From positions 651,685-715,684 of the forward strand of contig JAHQJS010000007.1 in assembly GCA_019057385.1 (NCBI GenBank): a DNA stretch of 64,000 bases, written 5' to 3'. The DNA comes from Candidatus Borrarchaeum weybense (GTDB lineage: Archaea > Asgardarchaeota > Sifarchaeia > Borrarchaeales > Borrarchaeaceae). Positions 1-9,869 of the stretch are shown one piece after another; position 1 is the first letter of the stretch; the number at the start of each line of letters is the position of its first letter. The position numbers and the translations under genes were made by a program. The notes beneath the pieces were generated by a model. The model was not told the origin of the DNA. It saw only the letters and a list, made by a program, of their open reading frames with translations, and did no database searches.

Positions 1-2
1 CC

Positions 3-266
3 GATCCAAGTGGTACCTATTTTGGAAATCTAGCGGCAGTAATTGGTGCAGGTGAACAACAGGCTTTAGAATTGCTAGAGAAAGACTATCAACCGGATTT
101 AGATTTGGATGGGATGATATTGTTGTCATTAAGAGCGTTAGAACAGGTGATTGAGTCTGAACTTGATGCAACAAAGGTTGAAATTACGGTAATCACTGAG
201 GATGAACGGAAACTTAAGAATCTCACTGTTGAGGAAATCACTAACTATATTAAGAGAAAGACATAA
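3..266 (+). CDS. psmA: Proteasome alpha subunit, C-terminal part (5' truncated by window)
   Basis: Frame open from base 3: DPSGTYFGNLAAVIGAGEQQALELLEKDY..., typical of the 20S alpha-subunit C-terminal half. Confidence 0.85.
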   Translation, partial: DPSGTYFGNLAAVIGAGEQQALELLEKDYQPDLDLDGMILLSLRALEQVIESELDATKVEITVITEDERKLKNLTVEEITNYIKRKT

Positions 267-392
267 CTATGCCAGCAAATAATTTCAAAAGACCTTCGTT
301 TTTTCAGTTCTCTATTCTGTTCCATACCAGTCTCTTGCTTTTTTGAGAACTTTAAAATGCAGAATGGTTTAACTGAAATATAGTGAAGAAAA

Positions 393-701
393 TCAGTCGA
401 TATCTACATAAATTATGTCAGTTTTTTGAGACACGGACACTGAGAAATTGTTTGGCGTAATGTGGTAGAAATTCGTGACGAGTTGTGGTAAACAAAAGAT
501 AAATGCATTCTTAGTCTCTTTTACATCAATTTTATCATTCCAAATGCTTTTTTGAGCCATATCTTGTGACTTTTCAAGACTAATCGCTATTGTCTCTTTG
601 GAAAGCATGTAAAGATACGCAGAAGTCATCATTGGAATTTCTTTGAACATGTCTTTTGGTACTTCTATTTCATTTATTTCCATCTCGATAATTCGTGTCA
701 T
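393..701 (-). CDS. Hypothetical protein
   Basis: 102 aa ORF with AGGAG SD; 5 bp downstream of 707..1000. Confidence 0.6.
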   Translation of the reverse strand: MTRIIEMEINEIEVPKDMFKEIPMMTSAYLYMLSKETIAISLEKSQDMAQKSIWNDKIDVKETKNAFIFCLPQLVTNFYHITPNNFSVSVSQKTDIIYVDID

Positions 702-706
702 TTGAA

Positions 707-1000
707 CTACTCCTTGGTCACATGGACTCCATATACAATAAATTCTCTTATTAAGTTATTATATGTTTTCTCTCTTACGAATATCTCCACCAAGAATGGT
801 TTTCTATGTCCTTTTTTGAATTTTAAGATTAACCTAAATGATCCATCTGGAAGATATTCTCTTTCCTTTATTGAGGAATATAGTACTCGTCTTTTGATAT
901 ATCCCTCTGAAACCCCATCCTTCTCATGTTGCGAAACTTGAATAGGTGCTTTTCCCGCTAGGCGTACATATTCAAATGGAACTTCACGCTTGTTCATCAA
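707..1000 (-). CDS. Hypothetical protein
   Basis: 97 aa ORF with AGGTGA SD. Confidence 0.6.
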   Translation of the reverse strand: MMNKREVPFEYVRLAGKAPIQVSQHEKDGVSEGYIKRRVLYSSIKEREYLPDGSFRLILKFKKGHRKPFLVEIFVREKTYNNLIREFIVYGVHVTKE

Positions 1001-1160
1001 AGTCTCACCTAGTATCTTGAGGATTGGTAATTCATCTTTGTCTATTGTCTATATTACCTCGTCGTTATTTATAATTTAATCAATATTTATTAAGTGACTC
1101 TTTGTATAGATTTTCTCTATGGAATGAAAATACCCTGATATTGAGTATTGAGGGAACCAT

Positions 1161-2153
1161 ATGGATTTCTTCCGATTATCTAAGAAAGACCTAATCACGA
1201 CCCAGGAATGGTCCATGAACGACATCAACGCAGTTCTTGAGTGGACTCGCTATTTAAAGGAAAGTTATTACAAGGGTGATAAACCAAAACTTCTACCTGA
1301 CAAAACATTTCTGATGCTTTTTTATTCTATATCAACGCGAACGCGCATTTCCTTCGAGACAGCGATGACCGAACTGGGGGGACACGCCCAATTCGTGGAG
1401 TCTAAAACGACCCTACTAGACGCAGGCGAGTCTATCAAGGACACGGCAAAAGCGATGGCAAGGTATGCACAAGGCATTGGAATACGCCTATTAGAGCCAA
1501 GTGTTGGAAACAAAGTGATCCGAGAATACGCTAGCCACGTAAAAATACCAGTCATTAATATGGCTGATGACCGTTTTCACCCCTGTCAAGGACTTGGCGA
1601 TATATTTACCATTATAGAAAAGATGAAAGAGATAAGAAACAAAAAATTTCTGGTTACCTGGGCTAATTCTAACAACCCTCGATCCTGGTGTAGTGTCCAA
1701 AGCGCGATTCTAATTGCCACTCGTTTTGGAATGGACGTAACGCTGGCATATCCCTCTGAACATTTTGCTTTAGAGCCCACTGTAATTAACTGGTGCAAAC
1801 AAAACGCAGACGAATCTGGAGGCACATTTGAAATCAGTAATGATTTGCAGGATGCCTATAATTCAGCTCATGTGGTATTTCCACGTAATTGGATGACTGC
1901 TGAGGCCTTTGAAATTGGGATAGAACGAGAACTAGAGTTGTATAAGAGATACAGCGACTGGATATGCACCTCAGAGTTAATGGCGTCGACTGAAAAAGCG
2001 TTATTCTTGCACTCTATGCCTGTGTTTAGAGAAGAAGAGGCTACATCTGAAGTAGTAGATGCCCCATATTCTGTAATCTATGATCAAGCTGAGAATAGGT
2101 TGCATGTTCAAAAAGCAATACTTTCTTTAATGATGGGGGGTATGCCTTCGTAG
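1161..2153 (+). CDS. Ornithine/N-acylornithine carbamoyltransferase family protein (YgeW/AOTCase-like)
   Basis: STRT, HPCQ, DQAENRLH motifs; HSMP in place of HCLP; VTWA...TRFGMDVTLA resembles knotted transcarbamylases. Confidence 0.85.
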   Translation: MDFFRLSKKDLITTQEWSMNDINAVLEWTRYLKESYYKGDKPKLLPDKTFLMLFYSISTRTRISFETAMTELGGHAQFVESKTTLLDAGESIKDTAKAMARYAQGIGIRLLEPSVGNKVIREYASHVKIPVINMADDRFHPCQGLGDIFTIIEKMKEIRNKKFLVTWANSNNPRSWCSVQSAILIATRFGMDVTLAYPSEHFALEPTVINWCKQNADESGGTFEISNDLQDAYNSAHVVFPRNWMTAEAFEIGIERELELYKRYSDWICTSELMASTEKALFLHSMPVFREEEATSEVVDAPYSVIYDQAENRLHVQKAILSLMMGGMPS

Positions 2154-2245
2154 ATTTAACCCAAAAATCGTTTTTAAATGAATATATTAGAATAACAACG
2201 GTTCTTGCCTTCAGGAAAAGTATTTTAAACACGAAAAATTCAGTT

Positions 2246-2428
2246 ATGCAACTATTGGAGTTGATGTTAATGAATGAATTCAAAGGAACATGTCCCCGAT
2301 GTGGGAGTACAAGTTCTGTTGACTTAGGAAACCCAACCATACCTGTTGGAAAAACTCGACAAGCACGCGTTAATGTCAGAGAATGCACAAAATGTAAACT
2401 CGTGTATTATGAGGCTTATCAAGAATAG
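2246..2428 (+). CDS. Small zinc-ribbon protein
   Basis: CPRC...CTKC; GGAGTTGA SD suggests true start near 2264-2270. Confidence 0.6.
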   Translation: MQLLELMLMNEFKGTCPRCGSTSSVDLGNPTIPVGKTRQARVNVRECTKCKLVYYEAYQE

Positions 2429-2705
2429 TATTTCTTAATGCAATTACATCTGCAATATTTTACATTTTTCATTATTTTTTGTTTTATTTTGATTTAACTC
2501 AATGCTATTTTGAATACTTCAGGCCATAGATGATATTTGAAACTATAGAAACTAGATGTAGTTATTATCAAAGGCAAGCTCAACCATTCTTGCCTCGAAA
2601 AACTTAGATAATCAAAATTAAATCTTAGGTATGAGTTTAGGGATTACCAGAATTATTTTTACCCTCTGAGTGTTGCGCACATTCATTTCAGATCGTGAAA
2701 ATGCC

Positions 2706-2772
2706 TTGTCTGATTACAATTTGAAACGTTGTTTTTTTACAATTTGAAATATTGTCTGATTACAATTTAAAA
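2706..2772. repeat. Three tandem 23-bp repeats, each with a TTGT-N6-ACAA dyad
   Basis: ttgtctgattacaatttgaaa at 2706, ttgtttttttacaatttgaaa at 2729, ttgtctgattacaatttaaaa at 2752. Confidence 0.9.
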
Positions 2773-2858
2773 AGAGCGTAAGAGTAATAAGTTCACATTC
2801 ATACAAAAGAATACAAATAAATTACAAATAGTCACAAAGATATAGGGGGATGTAAGTT

Positions 2859-3398
2859 ATGAGTGCGCCTAACTATGTTAAGAAGGTAGTCACAATTCCT
2901 AATGAAGTCTATGAGAAATTAATAACTTTCAGGAATGATAACGAGCTTTTCTCTCATTTCTGTCATCGAGTCTTTGCATTATTTCTAGAAAGAAGTCAAT
3001 TGGCTGACTTCGACCGTATTGGCATTTCAAAAGATGCCTTCACCAAATTAATTGAAAATTATCCCAAAGAAAAGATTAATGAACTCATTCCGTCGCTTGA
3101 AGCTTGCTTAGAAACTGCTTTAGGGAAAAAAATTGACACTATGGATTTACAGAGAGAGATAGTTCCCTACCTAAAAAGAGTTATTGTTCACGTAGATAAT
3201 ATCTGCAACGTGTTCGATTTTAACTTCTTAGGGGGCAAAAACGAATTTCAAGTGTTTTGTACTTCCAAAGCTAAGGATAAGTATGTCGATTTCTGGACCG
3301 ATTATTTAGCAGCATTTTTCAATGCTAGAGGCTATAGTGTATTAGACAAAGACAAAAAAACAGGATATTTGTACATACACTTCAAAAAAGACAAGTAG
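2859..3398 (+). CDS. Hypothetical protein with putative N-terminal ribbon-helix-helix
   Basis: N-terminus KKVVTIPNEVYEKL fits the RHH strand-helix pattern; GGGGA SD. Confidence 0.6.
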   Translation: MSAPNYVKKVVTIPNEVYEKLITFRNDNELFSHFCHRVFALFLERSQLADFDRIGISKDAFTKLIENYPKEKINELIPSLEACLETALGKKIDTMDLQREIVPYLKRVIVHVDNICNVFDFNFLGGKNEFQVFCTSKAKDKYVDFWTDYLAAFFNARGYSVLDKDKKTGYLYIHFKKDK

Positions 3399-3459
3399 AT
3401 CTTGTATTACGCCGTAATTTCATTATAGTGAATTTGTGATTTTGTAAACTACCTCACAT

Positions 3460-4990
3460 CTCCCGCCTCTGGAAGCCCCTACCCTTTAGGGTGGGGAGGA
3501 AAGAGGCGTTTAGACTAACTTAAGTTAAAAAATAATCCTTTCCCATATTTAACCAACTCTACTTTTTTGATAGCTACGCTTTTGTCTTTTCCATTAACAT
3601 TTTTTAAAATAACTCGCTTTCCAAGACAATGAGTCCCTTTTACTCTATACGTTCTACCCTCAAACTTTACAAGATCATACGGTTGTAACGGGTATCTCTG
3701 TCTTCTAATAGACGGTTTGAAACCTTTTCTATTCAATTGGAGTGAACGATTATTGCGCCGCACCTGAATAACCTCATACGGTCTACACCGTGGTTGTGTT
3801 GTGCCTCCCGCAATGACAAACGCATCATTAACATGCGACTTTTCCAGTCCTAAATTGTTACGCTGGTATTTGGTGACGTATCCGTAAGTATGCTCTGCAC
3901 CTAACTGTTCTACTAGCCTCCAACGAATGTTATTAATACATGCTGGTGCTTTAAGTGGCGTCTTTGCCTGCTTTTGTATGTGTGGATAGCCAAACTCCTC
4001 TGCGGTCTTATCTCCCTTCTTTAGATTACAGTTCCTACATGATATCGTCAAATTCGACACTCGGTCTGTGCCACCTCTACTTTTCGGGACGATATGCTCG
4101 ACTTCTAAGGGCACGTTTGTGTTACCACAATAGGCGCACTTTCGTCCCCACTTATCCAATAGATATTCTTTGACTTCGTAGCCCTGTAGCTCGCCCTGCT
4201 GATATGCTACGCCTGTAATTTCTGGATGTCGCATTTTCTGTGTGTCGAAATTCGCAGTCTCTATCCTTTTGTAAGTTATAGGAAGTAGCGTTGCAAGTGT
4301 TTCAACTAATCGAATATGTGAGTCATGCCTATGCTGAGTACTAGGGGCTAACCATCCTTCAGGACGTTTACGATTATCAAATCGAGGTGGGCGATACCCT
4401 AATCTGCCTCTACGCGTTCTACGATACCTCCGCTTTTCTTCAAGCTTGTTAGACACATCCTTGCGCAAGTTTAACGTCCCACTGATGACTTCTAACGTAT
4501 CGGTCTTGGCACTAAATCCAATATTCGTAAATCCGATATCCACTCCTAATTTAATCAGTTGTGTCGCCTCTCCAGTGGCATAGTTCAACTGAATGGTGAA
4601 AGGACACCGTTTTACAACTGTAGCCTTTCCTTCTTTTAACAACCTCTTTCCGTTATGTTGTGTGGTAGGCATGAGCGGTTGCCCCCTCATGTTTACCACA
4701 TAGATAGGTACTCTCAAGTCCTATCTCCTCCTTTAACTGATGTTAAAGTCGGTTGGTTCTCTTCGCCAAGGTTATCAGTCAGTACTCTACGATGATCACT
4801 GAGCGTTTCCTCTCTGTTTAAACCACCGTTTACAGAGCAAGGGACTAGAGAAGCATCCCTTGGTGTGTTCTTTAACTCTCCTGATAACGTAGATACCGTC
4901 ATACACTATATGACCTCTCTTAGGCTAATCAACTAATTGCTCTCAGGTCTCACGACCCAAGCCCCTACCCTTTAGGGTGGGGTAATTGAC
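3460..4990 (-). mobile_element. IS200/IS605-family IscB element (no tnpA)
   Basis: Same subterminal hairpin gcccctaccctttagggtgggg at ~3475 and ~4961; minus-strand end GTCAATTACCCC at 4990; boundary near 3460 is approximate. Confidence 0.85.
3515..4717 (-). CDS. iscB: RNA-guided endonuclease IscB
   Basis: PLMP N-terminus, RuvC-I LGVDIG, RRYRRTRR bridge helix, RuvC-II IETANFD, HNH EVEHIVPKSRGG...NCN, RuvC-III SHVNDA. Confidence 0.95.
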   Translation of the reverse strand: MRVPIYVVNMRGQPLMPTTQHNGKRLLKEGKATVVKRCPFTIQLNYATGEATQLIKLGVDIGFTNIGFSAKTDTLEVISGTLNLRKDVSNKLEEKRRYRRTRRGRLGYRPPRFDNRKRPEGWLAPSTQHRHDSHIRLVETLATLLPITYKRIETANFDTQKMRHPEITGVAYQQGELQGYEVKEYLLDKWGRKCAYCGNTNVPLEVEHIVPKSRGGTDRVSNLTISCRNCNLKKGDKTAEEFGYPHIQKQAKTPLKAPACINNIRWRLVEQLGAEHTYGYVTKYQRNNLGLEKSHVNDAFVIAGGTTQPRCRPYEVIQVRRNNRSLQLNRKGFKPSIRRQRYPLQPYDLVKFEGRTYRVKGTHCLGKRVILKNVNGKDKSVAIKKVELVKYGKGLFFNLS

Positions 4991-5008
4991 ATTAATTCTT
5001 ATCCAGTG
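4720..5008 (-). ncRNA. IscB omega-RNA (scaffold ~4720-4990, 5' guide from flank ~4991-5008)
   Basis: Structured non-coding region directly upstream of iscB, starting GTCAATTACCCCACCCTAAAGGGTAGGGGCTTG...TAGTTGATTAG; typical omega-RNA position and 5' sequence. Confidence 0.8.
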
Positions 5009-5068
5009 CTATAATGCGTTGTTTTGACCATTAATGATTCAAAAAAACACAGAAATTAAATGCAGAAA

Positions 5069-5800
5069 TTATTCAATAGCCAGCTTAGGGTTGATTTTTA
5101 CCGCCCTTTTAAAGCATTCATCAGCTTTCTTAATATCGTCTAATTCTTTATAAGCGACTGCAAGGTTACTCCATGCATCTGCAAACTCGGGGTCAATTTC
5201 AACTGCTTTCTTAAAATTCCTGATCGCGTTTTTATGCTCACCCAACTCAGAATAAGCTAATCCTATGCATACCCAGGCAGTTGCAGCCAGCGGATCGATC
5301 TCAACAATCTTCTGAAAACTCTTAAGTGCCTTCTTATGTTCATCTAATTGTCCATAAGCCACCCCTAAGTTATACCAGGCATCCACATCTTCAGGGTCAA
5401 TTTCTACCACTTTTTTAAAACACTCTACCGCTTTTTCATGGTTTCCTAATTCTCCGTAGGTGCCTCCTAGATTGTACCATGCATCTTCGAACTCAGGGTC
5501 AAGTTTTACTGCCTTTTTATGGTATTTGATGGCATTTTTATAATCACTGAGTCTTCTATAGGTCTCACCTAGGTTAGTCCAAGCCCATGCGAACTCAGGA
5601 GCGATTTTTACAGTTTTTCTATAACAAACAAGTGCAGCATCATGCTCGCCTACTTCGCCATACGCTATACCCATGTTGTACCATGCCATTGTGTGGTTTT
5701 GATCGACCTTTAATGCTTTCTTGAATTCATCTATCGCTTTTTGGTGGTGACCTTGATCTAAGTGCTCAGTTCCTCTTTCAAAATGATCTTCCGCAGACAT
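5069..5800 (-). CDS. TPR repeat protein
   Basis: About 7 AWYNLG-type TPRs; start moved to MSAEDHF at 5800 by similarity to paralogue MSAEEYN. Confidence 0.9.
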   Translation of the reverse strand: MSAEDHFERGTEHLDQGHHQKAIDEFKKALKVDQNHTMAWYNMGIAYGEVGEHDAALVCYRKTVKIAPEFAWAWTNLGETYRRLSDYKNAIKYHKKAVKLDPEFEDAWYNLGGTYGELGNHEKAVECFKKVVEIDPEDVDAWYNLGVAYGQLDEHKKALKSFQKIVEIDPLAATAWVCIGLAYSELGEHKNAIRNFKKAVEIDPEFADAWSNLAVAYKELDDIKKADECFKRAVKINPKLAIE

Positions 5801-5987
5801 TTCTAACCCTATGCAGACTGATAGAAACACATCTTCAACTTCTGATAGATAAACTTTGTTTATAAAAGTGAGAATCTGCATCTATAGGCGAGCTGGGATA
5901 GTTCAAAGAGTTGATGAGTTTAGTTCCTAATACCGAACTTTAAATGCAAGAACAGATCACAAAAAAGGAAAAGAAGACTCAGAGGAA

Positions 5988-6539
5988 TTATTGGGAGACA
6001 GGTTTTTTCAGTTGAGCGCCACAGTTAGGGCAACTTATCCATCTGAAGTCTACAGCTTCACCACAATTGGGGCATGTCAACTCTCCCTGAGGTGTATTGC
6101 AGTAAGGACATGTAAGCCATCCGGGTTTAAGTCCTTTATCACAGTTAGTGCAGAACTTTTGAGCATTTTCCATTCTAAGCCACAAAGATTTAATGATAAC
6201 GTTCAAAGAATCTCTTAGATAGGCTTCTTCGGGTGTTTCATCTTCCATGTCTAGTTTTTCAAGGTTTATTTGTTCAAAATTGCTATCAGTGAAGGTAGCT
6301 AAACTTCTTTCATCATCTTTGCTCCTTAATCTCACAACAACGGCGATTCCGTTTGCGGTATCCTCTAAATATACTTCCCCAAATGTTTTTCCCAGTTTGC
6401 TTTTAAATTCAGTCAGAATATACTTTGATTCCAAAGAATAGACTTGCTCCATTTCAAATTCTTTAACCCACGCGAGAACTGCATTCCAACAATCAGGCAG
6501 TTTACGACCAATAAAAAAGTCATTCCAATCCATGTACAC
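5988..6539 (-). CDS. Protein with C-terminal double zinc ribbon
   Basis: CTNC, CPYC, CPNC, CPNC. Confidence 0.8.
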   Translation of the reverse strand: MYMDWNDFFIGRKLPDCWNAVLAWVKEFEMEQVYSLESKYILTEFKSKLGKTFGEVYLEDTANGIAVVVRLRSKDDERSLATFTDSNFEQINLEKLDMEDETPEEAYLRDSLNVIIKSLWLRMENAQKFCTNCDKGLKPGWLTCPYCNTPQGELTCPNCGEAVDFRWISCPNCGAQLKKPVSQ

Positions 6540-6606
6540 TTCTAAACTTCCTTTTTCACTGTTTAAATAAAAAAGAAATGAGGTTAAAAATGGGAGAAAT
6601 ATAGTT

Positions 6607-6969
6607 TCATTCTTTCATTTTCGATTCTATACTGCCTGAGAACTTTTGTAATTCATCAATTATTACTGGGGAGATTTCTTTTCCACTTTTTGATGGCCAC
6701 GCAATAAAGCGAATATCATCGTCAACAGTTCTAAATTCAAGACGGACTTTATGCTTCTTTTCTACCTTTTTTTCGACCTCAAGCCCTCCTCCTAGGTCAA
6801 TTTTCTTTTTACCGATGATTTTACCTCCTACGCTTTCCGTTACATCCCACTCACCTTTGATAGAATATCCTCGCATTATAAGTTGGCTTTTGTACATGTT
6901 CACGAAGCTGTTGACCTGATCTGCTAGACCCTCAATTCTGAGATCAACTATCAGTTCACTATCAGACAT
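6607..6969 (-). CDS. Hypothetical protein
   Basis: 120 aa, GAGGTG SD, operonic spacing. Confidence 0.7.
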   Translation of the reverse strand: MSDSELIVDLRIEGLADQVNSFVNMYKSQLIMRGYSIKGEWDVTESVGGKIIGKKKIDLGGGLEVEKKVEKKHKVRLEFRTVDDDIRFIAWPSKSGKEISPVIIDELQKFSGSIESKMKE

Positions 6970-6999
6970 CTTTACACCTCGATATACATTAAGGACAGC

Positions 7000-7197
7000 T
7001 TAGTCTTTGGCATAATACATCAGTTGATCATGTAGGAAGAAATACTCGTTCTTGCCGACATGGAAAACTATTTTTACACCTAATGTATTGGCGAGTTCCA
7101 CTAGTTCTTGTACGCTTGACATTTTTATATCCCAAGAATCTTTAAGTTTCTTATCGCTAATCCTTACTGTATCAGGGGTTACAATTTGTGCAGACAT
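7000..7197 (-). CDS. Hypothetical small protein
   Basis: 65 aa, GGTGA SD. Confidence 0.65.
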   Translation of the reverse strand: MSAQIVTPDTVRISDKKLKDSWDIKMSSVQELVELANTLGVKIVFHVGKNEYFFLHDQLMYYAKD

Positions 7198-7278
7198 CTC
7201 ACCACATCCTCCTTATTCTTACTTTTTAACTTTGCATTATTACGAAACCTACTTATATACTTTAGGACAAATATAGAA

Positions 7279-7293
7279 GTTACAAATTGTAAC
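7279..7293. promoter_or_regulatory. Perfect palindrome GTTACAA-A-TTGTAAC upstream of a TATA box
   Basis: 7-1-7 dyad about 20 bp upstream of minus-strand TATATAA (7253-7259) for the 7197 gene. Confidence 0.5.
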
Positions 7294-7460
7294 AAGTAGA
7301 TGTTTGTTTTCATATATCACTGTCTTAAAATGAGCCGCAAATTGATAAAATGCTTTAAAAAAGAGAAGAGAGTTGCAAAATCATTAAATTACTCAGAAAA
7401 ACTCATACTCCATTAAAAAGAATTAAAAAAAGTTAAAAAATGAAAAAATGAAGACAAAAG

Positions 7461-8384
7461 TTATTTCTCGTCGTCTTCAACTAATTTCTTCAATCTTACC
7501 TGTCGTAGTGCTTCTTTAACATCGTCTTGCTGTATCTCTTGTTCCTCAAGTTCAAGATCAGCTTCCTCTACTGGAGCAGAAGTTGCTACTGTTTCAGCAC
7601 GCATGCGTTTTCGTTTCATCCCTTTTTCTTTCAATGCACTTGAAACTCTCATCTCGATATCGCTTTCACTTAGCGTAACCCCTGGTGACTCAGCTTGGAT
7701 TTTCTGTAATTCTTGTGCTACAAATTCTTCGATTTTCAGTTTTTCAAGTTCGCTTTCGGCCACTCCAGTAATCAAAGACACAAGCAGATTAGCTTTTTCC
7801 AAGGGAATAAATGACCCCTTAGTAATTTCTGCCACTTCTTTGTACACATCTACCGCCTTTTTATAGGCCGCAATTTCAGGAAAACATCCAACAGAGTAGA
7901 TTAGAATACCTTTATCGTAAGCTCGCTGTGCTTCAGTTTTCCAGTTTTTTCCTTCAGGACAACCTTTTGGAAAATTGTCTCCACTAGGTTCTACTCCATG
8001 TGGTGGTGCATCACCCATCCATATAACAATCTTTGATGCTTTTTCACGCCAACTCAGACGAGTAATGTCAAATAACGCATCACACACCGCTTCAGGACCA
8101 TCACCGCCGCCATCAGCGTACATAGAAACAATTGCCTCTTGTATTTTGTCTGAATCATCATTAAAAGCAAATATCTTGGTTATAAAGCTCGTATCTTCTG
8201 GTGGATGGTCTCTATAACCTACTAGGCCAATTCTCAAAGAAGAACAGAGTTCTTTCACCCTGATGGTATGTATGATTTCCAGGATTTTTTGTTTCACGGT
8301 TTCGATGTAGGGTCCCATGCTACCCGTTTCGTCAACCATGAAGCACAGATCTAGTTGTCCAAGTTTTTCGGTAACGTCACTCAT
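7461..8384 (-). CDS. von Willebrand factor A domain protein
   Basis: MIDAS DETGSMG, GGGDGPEA, GDAPPHG; start MSDVTEK after GAGGG SD. Confidence 0.9.
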   Translation of the reverse strand: MSDVTEKLGQLDLCFMVDETGSMGPYIETVKQKILEIIHTIRVKELCSSLRIGLVGYRDHPPEDTSFITKIFAFNDDSDKIQEAIVSMYADGGGDGPEAVCDALFDITRLSWREKASKIVIWMGDAPPHGVEPSGDNFPKGCPEGKNWKTEAQRAYDKGILIYSVGCFPEIAAYKKAVDVYKEVAEITKGSFIPLEKANLLVSLITGVAESELEKLKIEEFVAQELQKIQAESPGVTLSESDIEMRVSSALKEKGMKRKRMRAETVATSAPVEEADLELEEQEIQQDDVKEALRQVRLKKLVEDDEK

Positions 8385-8539
8385 TTTTTTCCCTCTTATT
8401 TCTATTAAATTTACAATTGCTGACATTAATGAAAAAAGAATGTCCATTTTATGTAGAAATGGATTTCGAGTGATATATTTCTAACTGAAATTGACTTTTC
8501 TGTTTGATAAAAAATGAGATTATAGTGAATGATGCAAAA

Positions 8540-9781
8540 CTATACATTCACAAGTCCAGGATCAATTTCTAGTGCCTTGTCATAACATTCATTAGCTCTA
8601 TCACGTTCGCCTAAATTATAGAAAGCTAATCCCATGTTGTACCATGCATCTGCAAGTTCAGAATCAAGTTCCACAGTTTGTTGAAAACATTCGAGGGCTT
8701 TAGAGTGTTCACCTAAGTTACCATAATTGACTCCCATGTTCAACCAAGCAGTTACATCCTCTGGGTCTATTTCCACAACTTTTTGATAGCAGTCAATTGC
8801 TTTCTTGAATTTACTTTGTTCTCCGTAAACCCAACCCAAATTATACCATGCATTCACAAATTCCGGTTCAAGTTCCACTGCTTTCTTATAGCACTCAAGA
8901 GCTTTGTCATGATCTTCTAACTCGGTATAAACATTTCCTATGTTATTCCATGCAAATTCATGTTCAGGATCAAGTTCTATAACTTTTAAAAAACAGTTAA
9001 GTGCATTTTCGTTTTCATCTAACTCTATGTAAGCGATTCCCAGGTTATACCAAGCCCATAAAAAGTCTGGGTTAATTTCTACTGCTTTTTGATACGATTC
9101 AGTCTCTGTCTCAAAATTATCCAATTCCGCATAAACCAGTCCCATGTCGTACCAAACTTCGGCATCCTTAGGATTAGTATCTACAACTTTCTTGTAACAC
9201 TCGATAGCTCTATTAAACTCTTCCAACTCTTCATAAATCCGACCCATATTGTGCCAAGCGTCAGGATACTCGGGAATAATCTTTACAGCTTCTTGATAGC
9301 ATTCAAGCGCTTTATCGTATTCGCCTAGATTGTTATAGATCCAACCCATATTATACCATGCTTCTGCAAACTCAGGATCGATTTTAATCAGTTGTTTAAA
9401 GCAACCACGAGCCTTTTCGTATTCACCTAACTCTCTAAAGGCGATTCCCATATTATACCAGGCATCTTGATATTGAGGACCAATTTTGATTACTCTCTTA
9501 TAGCAGTCAATCTCCTTACTATATTCACCTAATTCACCATATGCGACGCCCATATTATACCACGCATCTGCATCCTCAGGAATAATCTCTATTGCTTTGT
9601 TATAGCAATCAATCTCCTTGTGAAACTCACCTAACTCTCTGTAAGTAACACCCATGTTGTACCATGCTTTAAAATAAGTAGGATCGACCTCTAATGCCTT
9701 CGTATACTGTTCTATTGCTTGCTGATATTGACCCTGTTCGGAATATTCATTTCCTCTCTCATTATATTCCTCTGCTGACAT
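8540..9781 (-). CDS. TPR repeat protein (~12 repeats)
   Basis: Regular 34-aa AWYNMG repeats. Confidence 0.95.
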   Translation of the reverse strand: MSAEEYNERGNEYSEQGQYQQAIEQYTKALEVDPTYFKAWYNMGVTYRELGEFHKEIDCYNKAIEIIPEDADAWYNMGVAYGELGEYSKEIDCYKRVIKIGPQYQDAWYNMGIAFRELGEYEKARGCFKQLIKIDPEFAEAWYNMGWIYNNLGEYDKALECYQEAVKIIPEYPDAWHNMGRIYEELEEFNRAIECYKKVVDTNPKDAEVWYDMGLVYAELDNFETETESYQKAVEINPDFLWAWYNLGIAYIELDENENALNCFLKVIELDPEHEFAWNNIGNVYTELEDHDKALECYKKAVELEPEFVNAWYNLGWVYGEQSKFKKAIDCYQKVVEIDPEDVTAWLNMGVNYGNLGEHSKALECFQQTVELDSELADAWYNMGLAFYNLGERDRANECYDKALEIDPGLVNV

Positions 9782-9869
9782 TTTCTACCACTTCCAAGTC
9801 CATTTTTCGTTCCTCTTATCAGAAACATAGTTAGGAAGAATTCTTCGTTTAAAACGTATCACGGAAAGG

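Noticed and set aside
2706-2772. Possible mini-CRISPR
   Set aside because: Repeats are separated by only 2 bp, so there are no spacers; no cas genes.
4714-4902. 62-aa ORF upstream of iscB
   Set aside because: Lies inside the omega-RNA scaffold and has no protein features.
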